Below are positions 38,094 through 48,333 of a stretch of DNA of 64,000 nucleotides, piece after piece; the first letter of the stretch is position 1; the number at the start of each line of letters is the position of its first letter. The notes under the pieces were generated by a model. That model saw only the letters and a list, made by a program, of their open reading frames with translations. It had not been told where the DNA came from and did no database searches. Origin of the DNA: Bacteroidales bacterium (GTDB taxonomy: Bacteria > Bacteroidota > Bacteroidia > Bacteroidales > UBA932); contig JAKSJZ010000003.1 in assembly GCA_024401995.1 (NCBI GenBank), positions 13,512-77,511 of the forward strand. Direction: 5' to 3'. Position numbers and translations under genes: made by a program.

Positions 38094-40300
38094 GATGCCA
38101 CTTCACAGAGGAATTTTATCCTTACGAGGCGCACCTCCATCTCCTCGCAGTCCCCGCTCAAGGCCTCGATCGCTTCGCTTACCGAATCGGAAGCGGCCTC
38201 GTGGCGGAAATAATCATATATCTGGTCGACAATCTCGGGATCTATGACCCCGTCAATGCAGTAATTGAGGTCGAGCTTCAGCCCGCTTGCCACAATCGAC
38301 TCTATCTCGTTCATCAGCTCGCCCATATCCATATCCTTCTCCGCAGCAATATCCTCGAGGTCAATCCTGCGGTCTATCGCCTGGATTATGAAAGCCTTGT
38401 TGGAGGCCTTCGACGGGGCGTGCTTCATCACGAAATCGTCCGGACGCATTATCTCGTTCTCCTCCACATACTTCGATATCAGGGAGACGAACTCCGGCCC
38501 GAACTTCCGAGCCTTGCCTTCCCCGACACCCTGGCACTTCTGCAACTCTTCGAGCGTCAGGGGATAGGTGATGGTCATATCCTCCAAAGCTGGATCGCCG
38601 AACACCATCCAGGGCTGGAGGTCGAACTTGCGCGCCACGTCACGCCGAAGGCCTTTCAGCATGGACAGGAGCGTCTCGTCCCCTCCACCGCCTCCCGCCG
38701 CCGGCACGGGCGCCGCCTCATCATAATCGTCGTCATCAGCCCCGCCCTGACCGCTGAACTGACGGTCCTCCACCAGCTTTAGCTCCCAGGGACTCTGGAG
38801 AAACTCGTGGCCGCAATCCGTCACGTGAATCAGGCCGTAGCTTTCTATCTCCTTCTCGAGCAGGTGCATTATCATACCCTCGTGGATGACGGTACACCAG
38901 AACCGCTCGCTATGGGGCTTCCCCGCGCCGAAGAACTTCAACTTGTCGTGGCGGTACGACACCACGGCGGCGCTGTCCACGCCGGCCAGGATATTGGCCA
39001 GATGGTCGGTCTTGAAATGCTCCGGAAGCGAATCGATGAGCTGGATGACAAGCTTCATCTCGGCCCTCCCGTCGAACTGCGCCTTCGGGTGGAGGCAATT
39101 GTCGCAACACCCGCAGTTATCCCGCGGATAATCCTCTCCGAAATAGTTGAGCAGAAGCTTCCTGCGACACTCGTTGGATTCGGCATAGGCCACCACCTCG
39201 CTCAGGAGCTGACGCGCAATCTCCTGTTCGGAGACAGGCTTGCCCTGCATGAACTTCTCGAACTTGTGGATATCCTTGTACGCGTAATACGCGATGCAGT
39301 TGCCTTCCATTCCGTCCCTTCCCGCACGGCCCGTCTCCTGGTAATAGCTCTCTATGCTCTTGGGGATGTCATAATGGATGACGTAACGGACATCCGGCTT
39401 GTCGATTCCCATACCGAAGGCGATGGTCGCCACGATGACGTCAACCTGCTCGGTCAGGAACATGTCCTGATTGCGCGTCCGCACCTGAGCGTCCAGGCCC
39501 GCGTGATAGGGCAAAGACCTGACCCCGTTGAGATTCAGCAGGTTCGAAAGCTCCTCGACCCTCCTGCGGCTGAGACAGTAGATAATGCCGGACTTGCCCG
39601 GATTCTGAAGTATGTAGCGTATGATGTCCTTCTCCGGCTCGACCTTGTCCCTCACCTCGTAGTACAGGTTGGGACGGTTGAAAGATGACTTGAACACCTT
39701 CGCGTCCGGAATGCCGAGATTCTTGAGTATGTCGCTCTGCACCTTCGGGGTCGCCGTAGCAGTCAGCGCAATTATGGGGGCGCGGCCTATCGCATCGACC
39801 AGAAGTCTTATCTTGCGGTATTCCGGCCTGAAATCGTGGCCCCACTCCGAAATGCAATGGGCCTCGTCCACGGCGTAGAAGGATATTTTTATCTCCCTGA
39901 GAAGCGCCACGTTCTCCTTCTTGGTGAGGGACTCCGGCGCCACATAGAGAATCTTCGTACGCCCTGCCACAAGGTCCTCCCGCACCTCCAGAATCTGCTG
40001 TCGGGAAAGCGACGAATTGAGAAAATGAGCCACCGCCCCGCCCTCGACGTCGAACCCGCGCAGCGCATCAACCTGATTCTTCATCAGGGCAATCAGCGGA
40101 GAGATGACAACGGCCGTACCCTCCATCACAAGCGCCGGGAGCTGATAGCACAGAGACTTGCCTCCTCCGGTCGGCATCAGCACGAATGCGTCCCCACCTT
40201 CGACAAGATGGGTTATAATCTTCTCCTGGTCGCCCTTGAAGCCGTCATACCCGAAGAACGTCTTCAGCGTGGCACGGATACTTGTAAGGTCTGCTTTCAT
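38090..40300 (-). CDS. recQ: ATP-dependent DNA helicase RecQ
   Basis: MPTGGGKSLCYQLP, DEAHCISEWGHDFRP, YYQETGRAGRDG, CRR..CDNC, RQC and HRDC domains. Confidence 0.97.
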   Translation of the reverse strand: MKADLTSIRATLKTFFGYDGFKGDQEKIITHLVEGGDAFVLMPTGGGKSLCYQLPALVMEGTAVVISPLIALMKNQVDALRGFDVEGGAVAHFLNSSLSRQQILEVREDLVAGRTKILYVAPESLTKKENVALLREIKISFYAVDEAHCISEWGHDFRPEYRKIRLLVDAIGRAPIIALTATATPKVQSDILKNLGIPDAKVFKSSFNRPNLYYEVRDKVEPEKDIIRYILQNPGKSGIIYCLSRRRVEELSNLLNLNGVRSLPYHAGLDAQVRTRNQDMFLTEQVDVIVATIAFGMGIDKPDVRYVIHYDIPKSIESYYQETGRAGRDGMEGNCIAYYAYKDIHKFEKFMQGKPVSEQEIARQLLSEVVAYAESNECRRKLLLNYFGEDYPRDNCGCCDNCLHPKAQFDGRAEMKLVIQLIDSLPEHFKTDHLANILAGVDSAAVVSYRHDKLKFFGAGKPHSERFWCTVIHEGMIMHLLEKEIESYGLIHVTDCGHEFLQSPWELKLVEDRQFSGQGGADDDDYDEAAPVPAAGGGGGDETLLSMLKGLRRDVARKFDLQPWMVFGDPALEDMTITYPLTLEELQKCQGVGEGKARKFGPEFVSLISKYVEENEIMRPDDFVMKHAPSKASNKAFIIQAIDRRIDLEDIAAEKDMDMGELMNEIESIVASGLKLDLNYCIDGVIDPEIVDQIYDYFRHEAASDSVSEAIEALSGDCEEMEVRLVRIKFLCEVAS

Positions 40301-40312
40301 CTTCTCCCCAAT

Positions 40313-41386
40313 CTATCTGTTGACTTTGTCGAAAAGTTTTATCGCCTCCGCAAGCGCCGCAACGTCCTGCTCCGTGCAGGCGTTGTACAGAGACGCCCTG
40401 AAGCCTCCCGCAAACCGGTGGCCTTTTATTCCCACTATGTCCCTCTCCCGCGCATACCGGATGAAGTCTTCCTCCAGCCGTTCATAGCCCGGCGCCATCT
40501 CGAAGGTGACATTCATCATCGAACGGTCCTCCACGGCCGCCTTCGGGCGGAAAACCCGGCTCGAATCCAGGGCGGCATAAAGGGCCGCCGCTTTCCTCCT
40601 GTTCACCTTCTCGACCGCATCGACTCCCCCTATGGACTTGAGCCATCTGAGGGTGCGGTTCATCACGAATATGGGAAACACCGGCGGAGTGTTGAACATC
40701 GAGCCGTGCCCGATATACGTCCTGTAGTCGAGCAGGGTGGGGATATGACGGCTGACACGGCCCAGGACATCCCTGCGCACGATGGCGAAGGACACTCCCG
40801 CCGTACCGGCATTCTTCTGCGCCCCGCCGTAAATCACCGCATACCTTTCAACTTCTATCCTGCGGCTGAGGATATCGGAGGACATATCCGCCACAAGCGG
40901 GACCGGACAGGCCATATCACCCTGCAACTGGGTCCCATATACGGTATTGCAGCTCGTGACGTGGAAATAATCGAGGTCGGACGGGATATCATAGCCCTTG
41001 GGGATATAAGTATAACCCCTGTCCTCCGAACTCGCCACCGCATACGCGTTTCCTATGCCCCGAGCCTCCACAAGGGCTTTGTGCGCCCATACACCGGTAT
41101 CCAGATAGCCGGCCCTGCGCTCGAGCAGATTCATCGCGACGAGCAGGAACTGCAAACTTGCGCCTCCGCCCACAAGCACCACCGAATACTCTTCCGGCAA
41201 GTCCATAAGCTCCCGCCACAGGCACAGCGTCTCCTCCATAACCTCCCCCCATTCCTTCGAACGGTGGGACACGGTGAGAAGCGACATACCCGTACCGGCG
41301 AACCCGCGGACAGCCTCGGCGGCGCTGTCCGTCACCTCGCCGGGCAAGACCCCGGGCCCCGCATTGAAAATATGCAAGCGACTCAT
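40313..41386 (-). CDS. serC: Phosphoserine aminotransferase
   Basis: FNAGP, SHRS, GGASLQF, DMSS, GAQKN (PLP lysine), NTPP, GHR..GGFRASLYN. Confidence 0.95.
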   Translation of the reverse strand: MSRLHIFNAGPGVLPGEVTDSAAEAVRGFAGTGMSLLTVSHRSKEWGEVMEETLCLWRELMDLPEEYSVVLVGGGASLQFLLVAMNLLERRAGYLDTGVWAHKALVEARGIGNAYAVASSEDRGYTYIPKGYDIPSDLDYFHVTSCNTVYGTQLQGDMACPVPLVADMSSDILSRRIEVERYAVIYGGAQKNAGTAGVSFAIVRRDVLGRVSRHIPTLLDYRTYIGHGSMFNTPPVFPIFVMNRTLRWLKSIGGVDAVEKVNRRKAAALYAALDSSRVFRPKAAVEDRSMMNVTFEMAPGYERLEEDFIRYARERDIVGIKGHRFAGGFRASLYNACTEQDVAALAEAIKLFDKVNR

Positions 41387-41985
41387 TTCATTCGCGTGAT
41401 GTTGCAGAACTTCATCTTCTCCCTGAACTGCCCGTCCAGGCTCAGGCGCACCTTTACGTCTATCTGGCAGTTCGTCCCGAAATCCTTCCCGGACGAAGGC
41501 AGCTGCATGGACTTGATGGCTTCCATTACGACCGGCATCTGGGAATAACTGAAATTGATTCTGTACTTCTGGACGGCATACTTCCTTATCTGCTTCGCGT
41601 TCGCGACGGCATCCGCGGCGGCCGCCTTGTACGCGGCTATCAGGCCCGGAACCCCAAGCTTGATACCTCCGAAATACCTTACCACCACTATAAGCACGTC
41701 ACTCAAGCCCGCCGAGTCAATCTGACCCAGAATCTGACGTCCGGCAGTTCCCGAAGGCTCCCCGTCGTCATTCGCGCGCCAAGGCTCGCCGGAAAGGCCT
41801 ATCCTGTAGGCATAACAGTGGTGATGTGCGTCGTGGTACTTCTTCCTGACCTCCTCCACTATGGACTTCGCCTCCTTCTCGCTCTCCACAGGGAAGGCAA
41901 GAGAGATGAACCTGCTGTAATTGTCCTTGAAAAGCCCTTCGGAGGGCGCGGCTATACCGCGGTAAGTATCAATAATACTATCCAT
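41383..41985 (-). CDS. YigZ/IMPACT family protein
   Basis: SRFI, HHCYAYR, DDGEPSGTAG, VVRYFGGIKLG. Confidence 0.93.
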   Translation of the reverse strand: MDSIIDTYRGIAAPSEGLFKDNYSRFISLAFPVESEKEAKSIVEEVRKKYHDAHHHCYAYRIGLSGEPWRANDDGEPSGTAGRQILGQIDSAGLSDVLIVVVRYFGGIKLGVPGLIAAYKAAAADAVANAKQIRKYAVQKYRINFSYSQMPVVMEAIKSMQLPSSGKDFGTNCQIDVKVRLSLDGQFREKMKFCNITRMK

Positions 41986-41992
41986 AGCAAAG

Positions 41993-42020
41993 CGAATTTA
42001 ATCAAAAGTTTTTATTTTTG
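41993..42020. promoter_or_regulatory. Divergent -7 boxes: TAAATTCG variant (-, yigZ operon) and TATTTTTG (+)
   Basis: CGAATTTA at 41993-42000 (8 nt from ATG 41985); TATTTTTG at 42013-42020 (5 nt from ATG 42025). Confidence 0.6.
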
Positions 42021-42024
42021 CACC

Positions 42025-42588
42025 ATGATTTTGAAATATAGGGTTACCCTCTCCGGCATAAAGGGGTTTTTCAGGGTTTATGCGGTTGACGCCAACTGCA
42101 CCCTGTATTCATTCCACAAGCAGATGCGCGCCGATATGGAGTTCCCCTCCGACCAGCCCATACTGTTCAATGCGCTGGATGCGGCGGGGGCCGTCGTGGC
42201 CCGATATGCCCTCATCGATCTGGGCGCCGGAACGGTGGACAGGGTAAGCCTGAAAGAGACGGTGAAGGCCGGGGTGTCGTCATTCGTCTATTTCTATGAC
42301 GTCACCTCCAGGAGAAGCGTCATACTGACTTTTGAAGGCGAGGCCGACGAAGAGGCCGCAGGCCCGACGGTCATCGACTCCAAGGGGCCCAACCCCATAG
42401 AATTCGAGAACGGCTACGTAGCCTACGAGGATCTTCCCGAAGAGCAGAAGCACCGCCACAGAATCAAGGCGGAAGGCGATGCCGATGCGGAGGAGGAAGA
42501 AGATGACGACGAAGAAGACACCGACGAAAGTGAAGAAGAGGAGGACGAAAAAGAAGAACTCCTCTACGATTCCGACGAGAATCAATAG
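42025..42588 (+). CDS. Hypothetical protein (pRiA4b ORF3/TnpR-like fold) with highly acidic C-terminal tail
   Basis: MILKYRV..FFRVYAVDANCTLYSFH..FVYFYD pattern; 26 of the last 38 residues are Asp/Glu. Confidence 0.7.
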   Translation: MILKYRVTLSGIKGFFRVYAVDANCTLYSFHKQMRADMEFPSDQPILFNALDAAGAVVARYALIDLGAGTVDRVSLKETVKAGVSSFVYFYDVTSRRSVILTFEGEADEEAAGPTVIDSKGPNPIEFENGYVAYEDLPEEQKHRHRIKAEGDADAEEEEDDDEEDTDESEEEEDEKEELLYDSDENQ

Positions 42589-42618
42589 AGGAGTCCCCCA
42601 ATCGTATTTTTCTTCTGA

Positions 42619-43434
42619 CTATTTGGCGGGCTCAGCCGGCTGCTCGGGAGCGACGTACTTTCCTACCCTTACAAGCTTGACGTCAAATATAAGCGTCTGG
42701 TTGGGGCCTATCTCCTGAGGTCCGTTCTCGCCGTATGCGAGCTCGGAAGGGATATAAAGCGTCATCTCGCCACCCTCGCCGATAAGCTGGAGACCCTCCT
42801 GCCAACCGGAGATATTGCGGTTGAGGGGGAATTTGGCGGGTTCGCCGTCTTCCGGCGTCTCATCGAACACAATGCCGTCGATGGTCGTGCCCTTGTAGAA
42901 CACTTCGACAGTATCGGTTATACCGGCCTTCACCTCGGGATTGCCGGGAGCGACAATGACATACTGAAGCCCCGAAGGGGTGGTAACGACACCGGGCTTG
43001 CGACCGTTCCTGTCAAGGAACTCCTCACTCTTCTCCTTGTTGGACAGTGAGATATAGCGGCTGTGCTTCTGGAGGTACTCGTTGATGACCATATTCATAG
43101 TCTCCGGGTTGATCTTGAACTGCTCCGTGAAGTCGGGGTCGGTGTACTTGCCCTTGGAGCCTGCCATATCCTTCAGACCCTTGAGAATCTGGCTGTAATT
43201 CATATCACCGAAGTTGTAACCCTTGATGATACTGCCGAAATTGACTCCGAGCAGATAGCTGACGGAATCAATCTGGGACTTGGAGGACTTGAAGTCCTTC
43301 GCCTTGGGAGCCGCCTGCTCCACCGCTTCGGTCTCCCCTTCCTCCGTGCCTTCGGCCGGCTGCTCCGCCTTGGGAGCGCAGGCCGCAACTGTCAGGCCCA
43401 TAGCGAGGGCCATAATCCATTTGTTGAATTTCAT
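42619..43434 (-). CDS. FKBP-type peptidyl-prolyl cis-trans isomerase, lipoprotein (FklB/Mip-like)
   Basis: Lipobox VAAC; DSVSYLLG, TPSGLQY, YKGTTIDG, GWQEGL, YIPSELAYG, TLIFDVKL. Confidence 0.93.
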   Translation of the reverse strand: MKFNKWIMALAMGLTVAACAPKAEQPAEGTEEGETEAVEQAAPKAKDFKSSKSQIDSVSYLLGVNFGSIIKGYNFGDMNYSQILKGLKDMAGSKGKYTDPDFTEQFKINPETMNMVINEYLQKHSRYISLSNKEKSEEFLDRNGRKPGVVTTPSGLQYVIVAPGNPEVKAGITDTVEVFYKGTTIDGIVFDETPEDGEPAKFPLNRNISGWQEGLQLIGEGGEMTLYIPSELAYGENGPQEIGPNQTLIFDVKLVRVGKYVAPEQPAEPAK

Positions 43435-43455
43435 AATTCTATAAAAATTAAAGTT

Positions 43456-44415
43456 TTATAATTCCCAAGCAAGAGCCGAGGCTCCGAGTATCGCGGCATC
43501 CGACTCCTTGAGCGAGGAGAAGAGCAGCGACACCTTGTCCTTCCACATCTTGAGGACGTTGTCATTCATCGCCTTATACGTAGGCTCATATATGAACTCC
43601 TTCGCACGGGCAAGACCTCCGAAGAGCACGATGGCCTCGGGAGCCGAGAATGCGACAAAATCGGAAAGGCTGAGCCCCAGGATGGTACCTGTATATTCGA
43701 ACACCCTCAACGCAAGGGCGTCGCCGGCCTTGGCCGCATCGTAAACGTCCTTGGAGGTTATCTGCTCAAGATCCCTCAGGGAAGAACTCTCCTTCGACAT
43801 ATCGAGCCACTCGCGGGCGGTGCGGGCAACGCCCATCGCGGAGCAATAGGTCTCAAGACATCCCGTCTTTCCGCAGCCGCACTGGCGTCCGTTGTGACGG
43901 ACGGCGCAGGTATGGCCCAGCTCGCCGGCGAATCCGTCAGCGCCATAGACAACCTTGCCGTCAATCACAATTCCGCTGCCCACGCCGGTACCGAGGGTAA
44001 TCATTATGAAATGCCTCATCCCCCTGGCCACGCCGTAGGTCATCTCACCGACAGCGGCGGCATTGGCATCGTTGGTAAGGGCTACCGGAAGGTCGCCGAG
44101 CGCCTTGTGGAGCTTCTCCGCAAACTTCACCTCGCCGTGAGCCGCCCAGGGAAGATTGGGTGCGAAGGCGATCGTCCCGTTATAATAGTTGCCGTTCGGA
44201 GCGCCGACACCGACTCCGCGTATCTGGCCTTCCTTGCCGGAACCGGCTATGAGGGCCTTGATGGCGACGGCTATCTCGCCTATGATGGCATCGGCGTCGC
44301 TGGTGGAACTCGTCTTGATGACACTCTGGGAGAGGACCTCCCCTCTCTGGTCGACAACGCCCATCTTGATGGACTGGCCGCCGACATCCACGCCTACTAC
44401 GTAATTCTTGTCCAT
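43456..44415 (-). CDS. ROK family sugar kinase (glucokinase-like)
   Basis: GVDVGG, NDANAAA.GE, TLGTGVGSG, GELGH, CGCGKTGCLE. Confidence 0.93.
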   Translation of the reverse strand: MDKNYVVGVDVGGQSIKMGVVDQRGEVLSQSVIKTSSTSDADAIIGEIAVAIKALIAGSGKEGQIRGVGVGAPNGNYYNGTIAFAPNLPWAAHGEVKFAEKLHKALGDLPVALTNDANAAAVGEMTYGVARGMRHFIMITLGTGVGSGIVIDGKVVYGADGFAGELGHTCAVRHNGRQCGCGKTGCLETYCSAMGVARTAREWLDMSKESSSLRDLEQITSKDVYDAAKAGDALALRVFEYTGTILGLSLSDFVAFSAPEAIVLFGGLARAKEFIYEPTYKAMNDNVLKMWKDKVSLLFSSLKESDAAILGASALAWEL

Positions 44416-44419
44416 AATA

Positions 44420-45703
44420 TTAATCTACAGGTATATCCTTGTTGACATTCTTGCAGCCTGCCAGCGAATAGTAGAGAAGATATGCAAGCATGGCTATCAC
44501 GAGCCAGTAACTGGTCATATAGCCGGCATTCCTGGCAATGATATTCTGAATGAACGGCATAACGCCGCCGCCGACAACAAGCATCATGAAGATGCCGGAA
44601 GCGGCCTCGGTGTACTTGCCCAAACCCTCGACCGCGAGGTTGAAGATGGCGCCCCACATAACCGAAGTGCAGAGTCCGCAGAGGACAAGGAACAGACAGC
44701 TCAGGGGAACCGGGAACATCGTGAACCCGTCAGCGGCGCTGTATCCCGGCATACTGATGGTAATATGCTTGGGAACGAAAATCGCAATCGCTATGAGTAC
44801 GATGGCCACGGAGCAGACGGTAATCATCTGAGTGCGGGTGCTTACCTTGCCGGAGATGAGAGTGCTGCTGAAACGCCCTACCATCATAAGAAGCCAATAG
44901 ATGGCGGCGATGGCGCCGCCGATGGCCGCACCGTTCACGGCTATGCCGGCTCCCTTATCGGTCGCATCGGAAAGATAGAAGATAACCTGCGCGGGGATAC
45001 CTATCTCGATACCCACATAGAAGAAAATCGCAATCGCACCGAGCACGAAATGGCGGAAATTCCAGGCGCTGTGCTCATACTTGACGGACTTGCGCTCCGC
45101 AGCGGGCTCCGGGATGGATACCATACTGATGATAAGGAACGCAACTGCGAAGACACCCATCGCGATGAAAAGCAGAGGGGCCACGTCGGACATCGCCGTG
45201 TTCGCCGTCACCGTACCGATGAGCGCACCCACCAGAAGCGGGGTGAGGGTACCTGTGAGGGAATTGAGCGTACCTCCGATCTGGATATACTGGTTGCCCT
45301 TGTTCCCGCCGCCGCCGAGGATGTTGAGCATCGGGTTGACAACGGTATTGAGCATACATACGCAGAATCCGCATACGAAGGCACCGAGCAGGTAAACGTA
45401 GATGGCTGCGGCGCCGAGGAACGCGAAACTGGAGAGATACTGGATGCAGATGCCGAAGAAGCCGACGGCAAGCGCGATGAGGGTGGTACTCTTATAGCCC
45501 ACCTTGATGAGCATCTTGCCTGCGGGGATACCCATGAAGAGGTATGCCACGAAGTTCATCAGGTTGCCGGCCATCTTGGACCACTCGTACTGATTGCCCC
45601 AGATGTTACCGAAAGGGGCGGCCATATTGGTGACGAACGAAATCATCGCAAAGATGAAACACATTGTCACAATGGCGACCATGTTGGTTTTTTTCTGTGT
45701 CAT
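44420..45703 (-). CDS. MFS sugar transporter (FucP/GluP glucose-galactose family)
   Basis: About 12 TM helices; AYLFMGIPAG, NTVVNP, FFYVGIE, SVMWGAIFNLA. Confidence 0.9.
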   Translation of the reverse strand: MTQKKTNMVAIVTMCFIFAMISFVTNMAAPFGNIWGNQYEWSKMAGNLMNFVAYLFMGIPAGKMLIKVGYKSTTLIALAVGFFGICIQYLSSFAFLGAAAIYVYLLGAFVCGFCVCMLNTVVNPMLNILGGGGNKGNQYIQIGGTLNSLTGTLTPLLVGALIGTVTANTAMSDVAPLLFIAMGVFAVAFLIISMVSIPEPAAERKSVKYEHSAWNFRHFVLGAIAIFFYVGIEIGIPAQVIFYLSDATDKGAGIAVNGAAIGGAIAAIYWLLMMVGRFSSTLISGKVSTRTQMITVCSVAIVLIAIAIFVPKHITISMPGYSAADGFTMFPVPLSCLFLVLCGLCTSVMWGAIFNLAVEGLGKYTEAASGIFMMLVVGGGVMPFIQNIIARNAGYMTSYWLVIAMLAYLLYYSLAGCKNVNKDIPVD

Positions 45704-45722
45704 AAAATGCTTTTGTTAAGGA

Positions 45723-47648
45723 TTATTTCAATGATTCTATATTTCTGGCATTGTAGAGGCTCTTGCCTTCGGGAGTCATTGCGTACTCTATACGGTCGGC
45801 ATACCACTTCTCCACCTTGCCGCGCACCATCTTCGCAGTGGTGTTGAGCATACCGTTCTGCTCCGTGAACGGCGTGTCGGCCACGATTATCGCCGCCGGC
45901 AGCCATTTCTCCGGGAAAAGTCCGCCGTGACTTGCTCCGGCACGGTACGAATCGACCTCTCCCTGAAGGATATCGAGCATAGCCTTGCGCCCCTCTTCGG
46001 AAGCGGGGTCCAGACCCTTCCCGCGGACCGCCTCCTCGAGGGCGGGCTTCGCGGGAACTATGATGACGGCGGTGTACGGACTCTGGTTGTTGTAGAGCAC
46101 CGCAGAGTCTATGTACTTCGAGCCGTCGGCAAGGCTGTCCTCGAACCCTTCCGGAGAGTACTTCTCGCCGTCCGAGGATATCAGAAGGCTCTTGAACCGG
46201 CCAGTTACATAGAGGAACCTCGGGTTCTCGACGCAGATATAGCCACGGTCCCCCGTATGGAGCCAACCGTCAATTATGGTATTCGACGTGGCCTCTTCAT
46301 TCTTCCAATAACCGGCCATCACGTTCTCGCCCCGGATGACAATCTCTCCGGTCTGGCCGTGGGGCAGTTCGCCTCCGTTCTCGTCACATATCTTTATGTC
46401 CATAGGCACGACCGTACGGCCCGACGAGCCGAAGCGCGCATTGTCCCTACCCATCGAATTGGAGCAGATGACAGGGGTCGCCTCCGAGAGTCCGTAGCCC
46501 TGGAAAATAGGCATCCCTATCGCGTTGAAATAGCGCTGGAGCTCTATGTCGAGCAATGCGCCGCCGCCGATGAAGAACTTGAAGCGCCCGCCGAAATTTT
46601 CCCGCACCGCCTTGAAGACGATACGGTCGAACACGGGCTTTAGGAGCCCCCTCCACCAAAGCTTCCAGCAAGGCTTGCCTGCGTTGTAATACTCCCTGTT
46701 ATATTTGATTGCGTTGTCGAGAGCAAAATTGTAAAGCCCCTCCACGAACGGCCCCTTCTTATGGATGCCGGACTCTATGTTCTTGCGGAAATTGCGGGAA
46801 ATCGCAGGCACGGACAGCATCACGTGCGGACGCACTTCCTTGATGGCCATAGGGATATTCCTGAGCATGGTCATCGCATTCTTGCCGCCCGGAACGGTGG
46901 CTATGCTGCCGCCGTGAGCCATCATATAATAGAATCCCGCCACGTGGGCGAAGCAATGGTCGAGAGGCAGTATGATGAGCATTGTCCAGCCATCTTCGAT
47001 GCTGACGACCGAACCGCACTGCTCGACGTTCGCCGTATAGTTGCGGTGAGTGAGAAGGATACCCTTCGGGTCGGCGGTAGTTCCGGACGTGTAGCTTATG
47101 TTGGCATAATCGTCAGGCTTTATCTGCGCAATGCGCCTGTCAAGCTCGCCGGGCTTGGACCCGAGCAGTTCAACGCCCTTCGCCCTTATGTCGCTGAAAT
47201 GAATCTCCTTCTTCCCCAATTCGACGCAATCGTCCAGGACGATGACCTTTTCCACTGCGGGGCACTTGGGAAGAACCCTGCGCACCTTCTCTATCTGACT
47301 TTCGGAAGCAACCACGAACCGGGCATCGGAATGGTTGATCCTGAAGCACAAATCCTGGTCCGACTCGAGCTTGAAGGACATCGGCACGTTGATTCCTCCG
47401 GCATAAAGAATTCCCAGTTCAGCAAAAATCCAAGCATTGCGGCCTTCGGAAATCAGAGCGACCTTCTCGCCCTTCTTCAAGCCCAAAGCGATGAAACCCG
47501 CAGCATATATGCGGCCCTCATCCCGCGTTTCCGAGAAAGAGGTCTCTCTCCACCTGCCGTCCACCTTCTCGCGAAGGAAGGTGCGCGTCGAATACACCGA
47601 CGTGTATTTCTCGACAAAATCGATGATTGTCATTCTCTTGTTTGCCAT
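45723..47648 (-). CDS. Long-chain fatty acid--CoA ligase (AMP-binding)
   Basis: YTSGTTADPKG, LPLDH, QGYGLSE, GENVMAGYW, WLHTGD, GRFK. Confidence 0.92.
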   Translation of the reverse strand: MANKRMTIIDFVEKYTSVYSTRTFLREKVDGRWRETSFSETRDEGRIYAAGFIALGLKKGEKVALISEGRNAWIFAELGILYAGGINVPMSFKLESDQDLCFRINHSDARFVVASESQIEKVRRVLPKCPAVEKVIVLDDCVELGKKEIHFSDIRAKGVELLGSKPGELDRRIAQIKPDDYANISYTSGTTADPKGILLTHRNYTANVEQCGSVVSIEDGWTMLIILPLDHCFAHVAGFYYMMAHGGSIATVPGGKNAMTMLRNIPMAIKEVRPHVMLSVPAISRNFRKNIESGIHKKGPFVEGLYNFALDNAIKYNREYYNAGKPCWKLWWRGLLKPVFDRIVFKAVRENFGGRFKFFIGGGALLDIELQRYFNAIGMPIFQGYGLSEATPVICSNSMGRDNARFGSSGRTVVPMDIKICDENGGELPHGQTGEIVIRGENVMAGYWKNEEATSNTIIDGWLHTGDRGYICVENPRFLYVTGRFKSLLISSDGEKYSPEGFEDSLADGSKYIDSAVLYNNQSPYTAVIIVPAKPALEEAVRGKGLDPASEEGRKAMLDILQGEVDSYRAGASHGGLFPEKWLPAAIIVADTPFTEQNGMLNTTAKMVRGKVEKWYADRIEYAMTPEGKSLYNARNIESLK

Positions 47649-47682
47649 ATCTTAGGTAAAATTTCAGGTAAAATACTCCGTT

Positions 47683-48294
47683 TCAAAAAAGTCCGTACAT
47701 CTTCGAATCAATCAGGTCGGTGACTTTGGCGAAATCCTCCGGCCTGTTGCCGAACTTGACGTTGTCGGCATCAATCACCAGGAGATTCCCTTCATAACTC
47801 TCTATCCACTTGTCATACTTATCGTTAAGACCGGTAAGATAGTCTATCCTTATACCCTTCTCATACTCCCGTCCGCGCTTCTGGATCTGCGAGACCAGAT
47901 TGGGGACGGACGACTTGAGGTAGATGAGCAGGTCCGGATTGCCCACAAGCGACATCATCAGGTCGAACAGGTCCCGGTAGTTCTCGAAATCGCGGGTTGA
48001 CATCAACCCCATATCGTGAAGGTTGGGCGCGAAAATCCGGGCATCCTCATATATCGTGCGGTCCTGGATTATGACATCGTCCGCCCGCGAAATCTCAACC
48101 ACGTCCTTGAACCGCTTGTTCAGGAAATAAATCTGGAGATTGAACGACCATCTCTCCATATCCTCGTAGAAATCCGACAGATACGGATTGAAATCGACCG
48201 ACTCGAACTTCGGTGTCCACCCATAGTGCGATGCAAGCATCTTGGTGAGGGTTGTCTTCCCGCTTCCTATGTTGCCAGCTACCGCTATATGCAT
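47683..48294 (-). CDS. Deoxynucleoside kinase (dAK/dCK-like)
   Basis: GNIGSGKTT, NPYL..FY, RWSFNLQIYFL, DRTIYED, RGREYE lid. Confidence 0.92.
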   Translation of the reverse strand: MHIAVAGNIGSGKTTLTKMLASHYGWTPKFESVDFNPYLSDFYEDMERWSFNLQIYFLNKRFKDVVEISRADDVIIQDRTIYEDARIFAPNLHDMGLMSTRDFENYRDLFDLMMSLVGNPDLLIYLKSSVPNLVSQIQKRGREYEKGIRIDYLTGLNDKYDKWIESYEGNLLVIDADNVKFGNRPEDFAKVTDLIDSKMYGLF

Positions 48295-48320
48295 AACACC
48301 TGTTCTTTAGTACAAACCTC

Positions 48321-48328
48321 CAAAAATA
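48321..48328 (-). promoter_or_regulatory. -7 promoter box (TATTTTTG) between the two deoxynucleoside kinase genes
   Basis: CAAAAATA on + strand, 27 nt upstream of ATG 48294. Confidence 0.55.
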
Positions 48329-48333
48329 CGAAA

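Noticed and set aside
42025-42588. TnpR/pRiA4b-like fold as evidence of a mobile element
   Set aside because: No transposase, integrase, terminal repeats or compositional shift; the flanks are housekeeping genes
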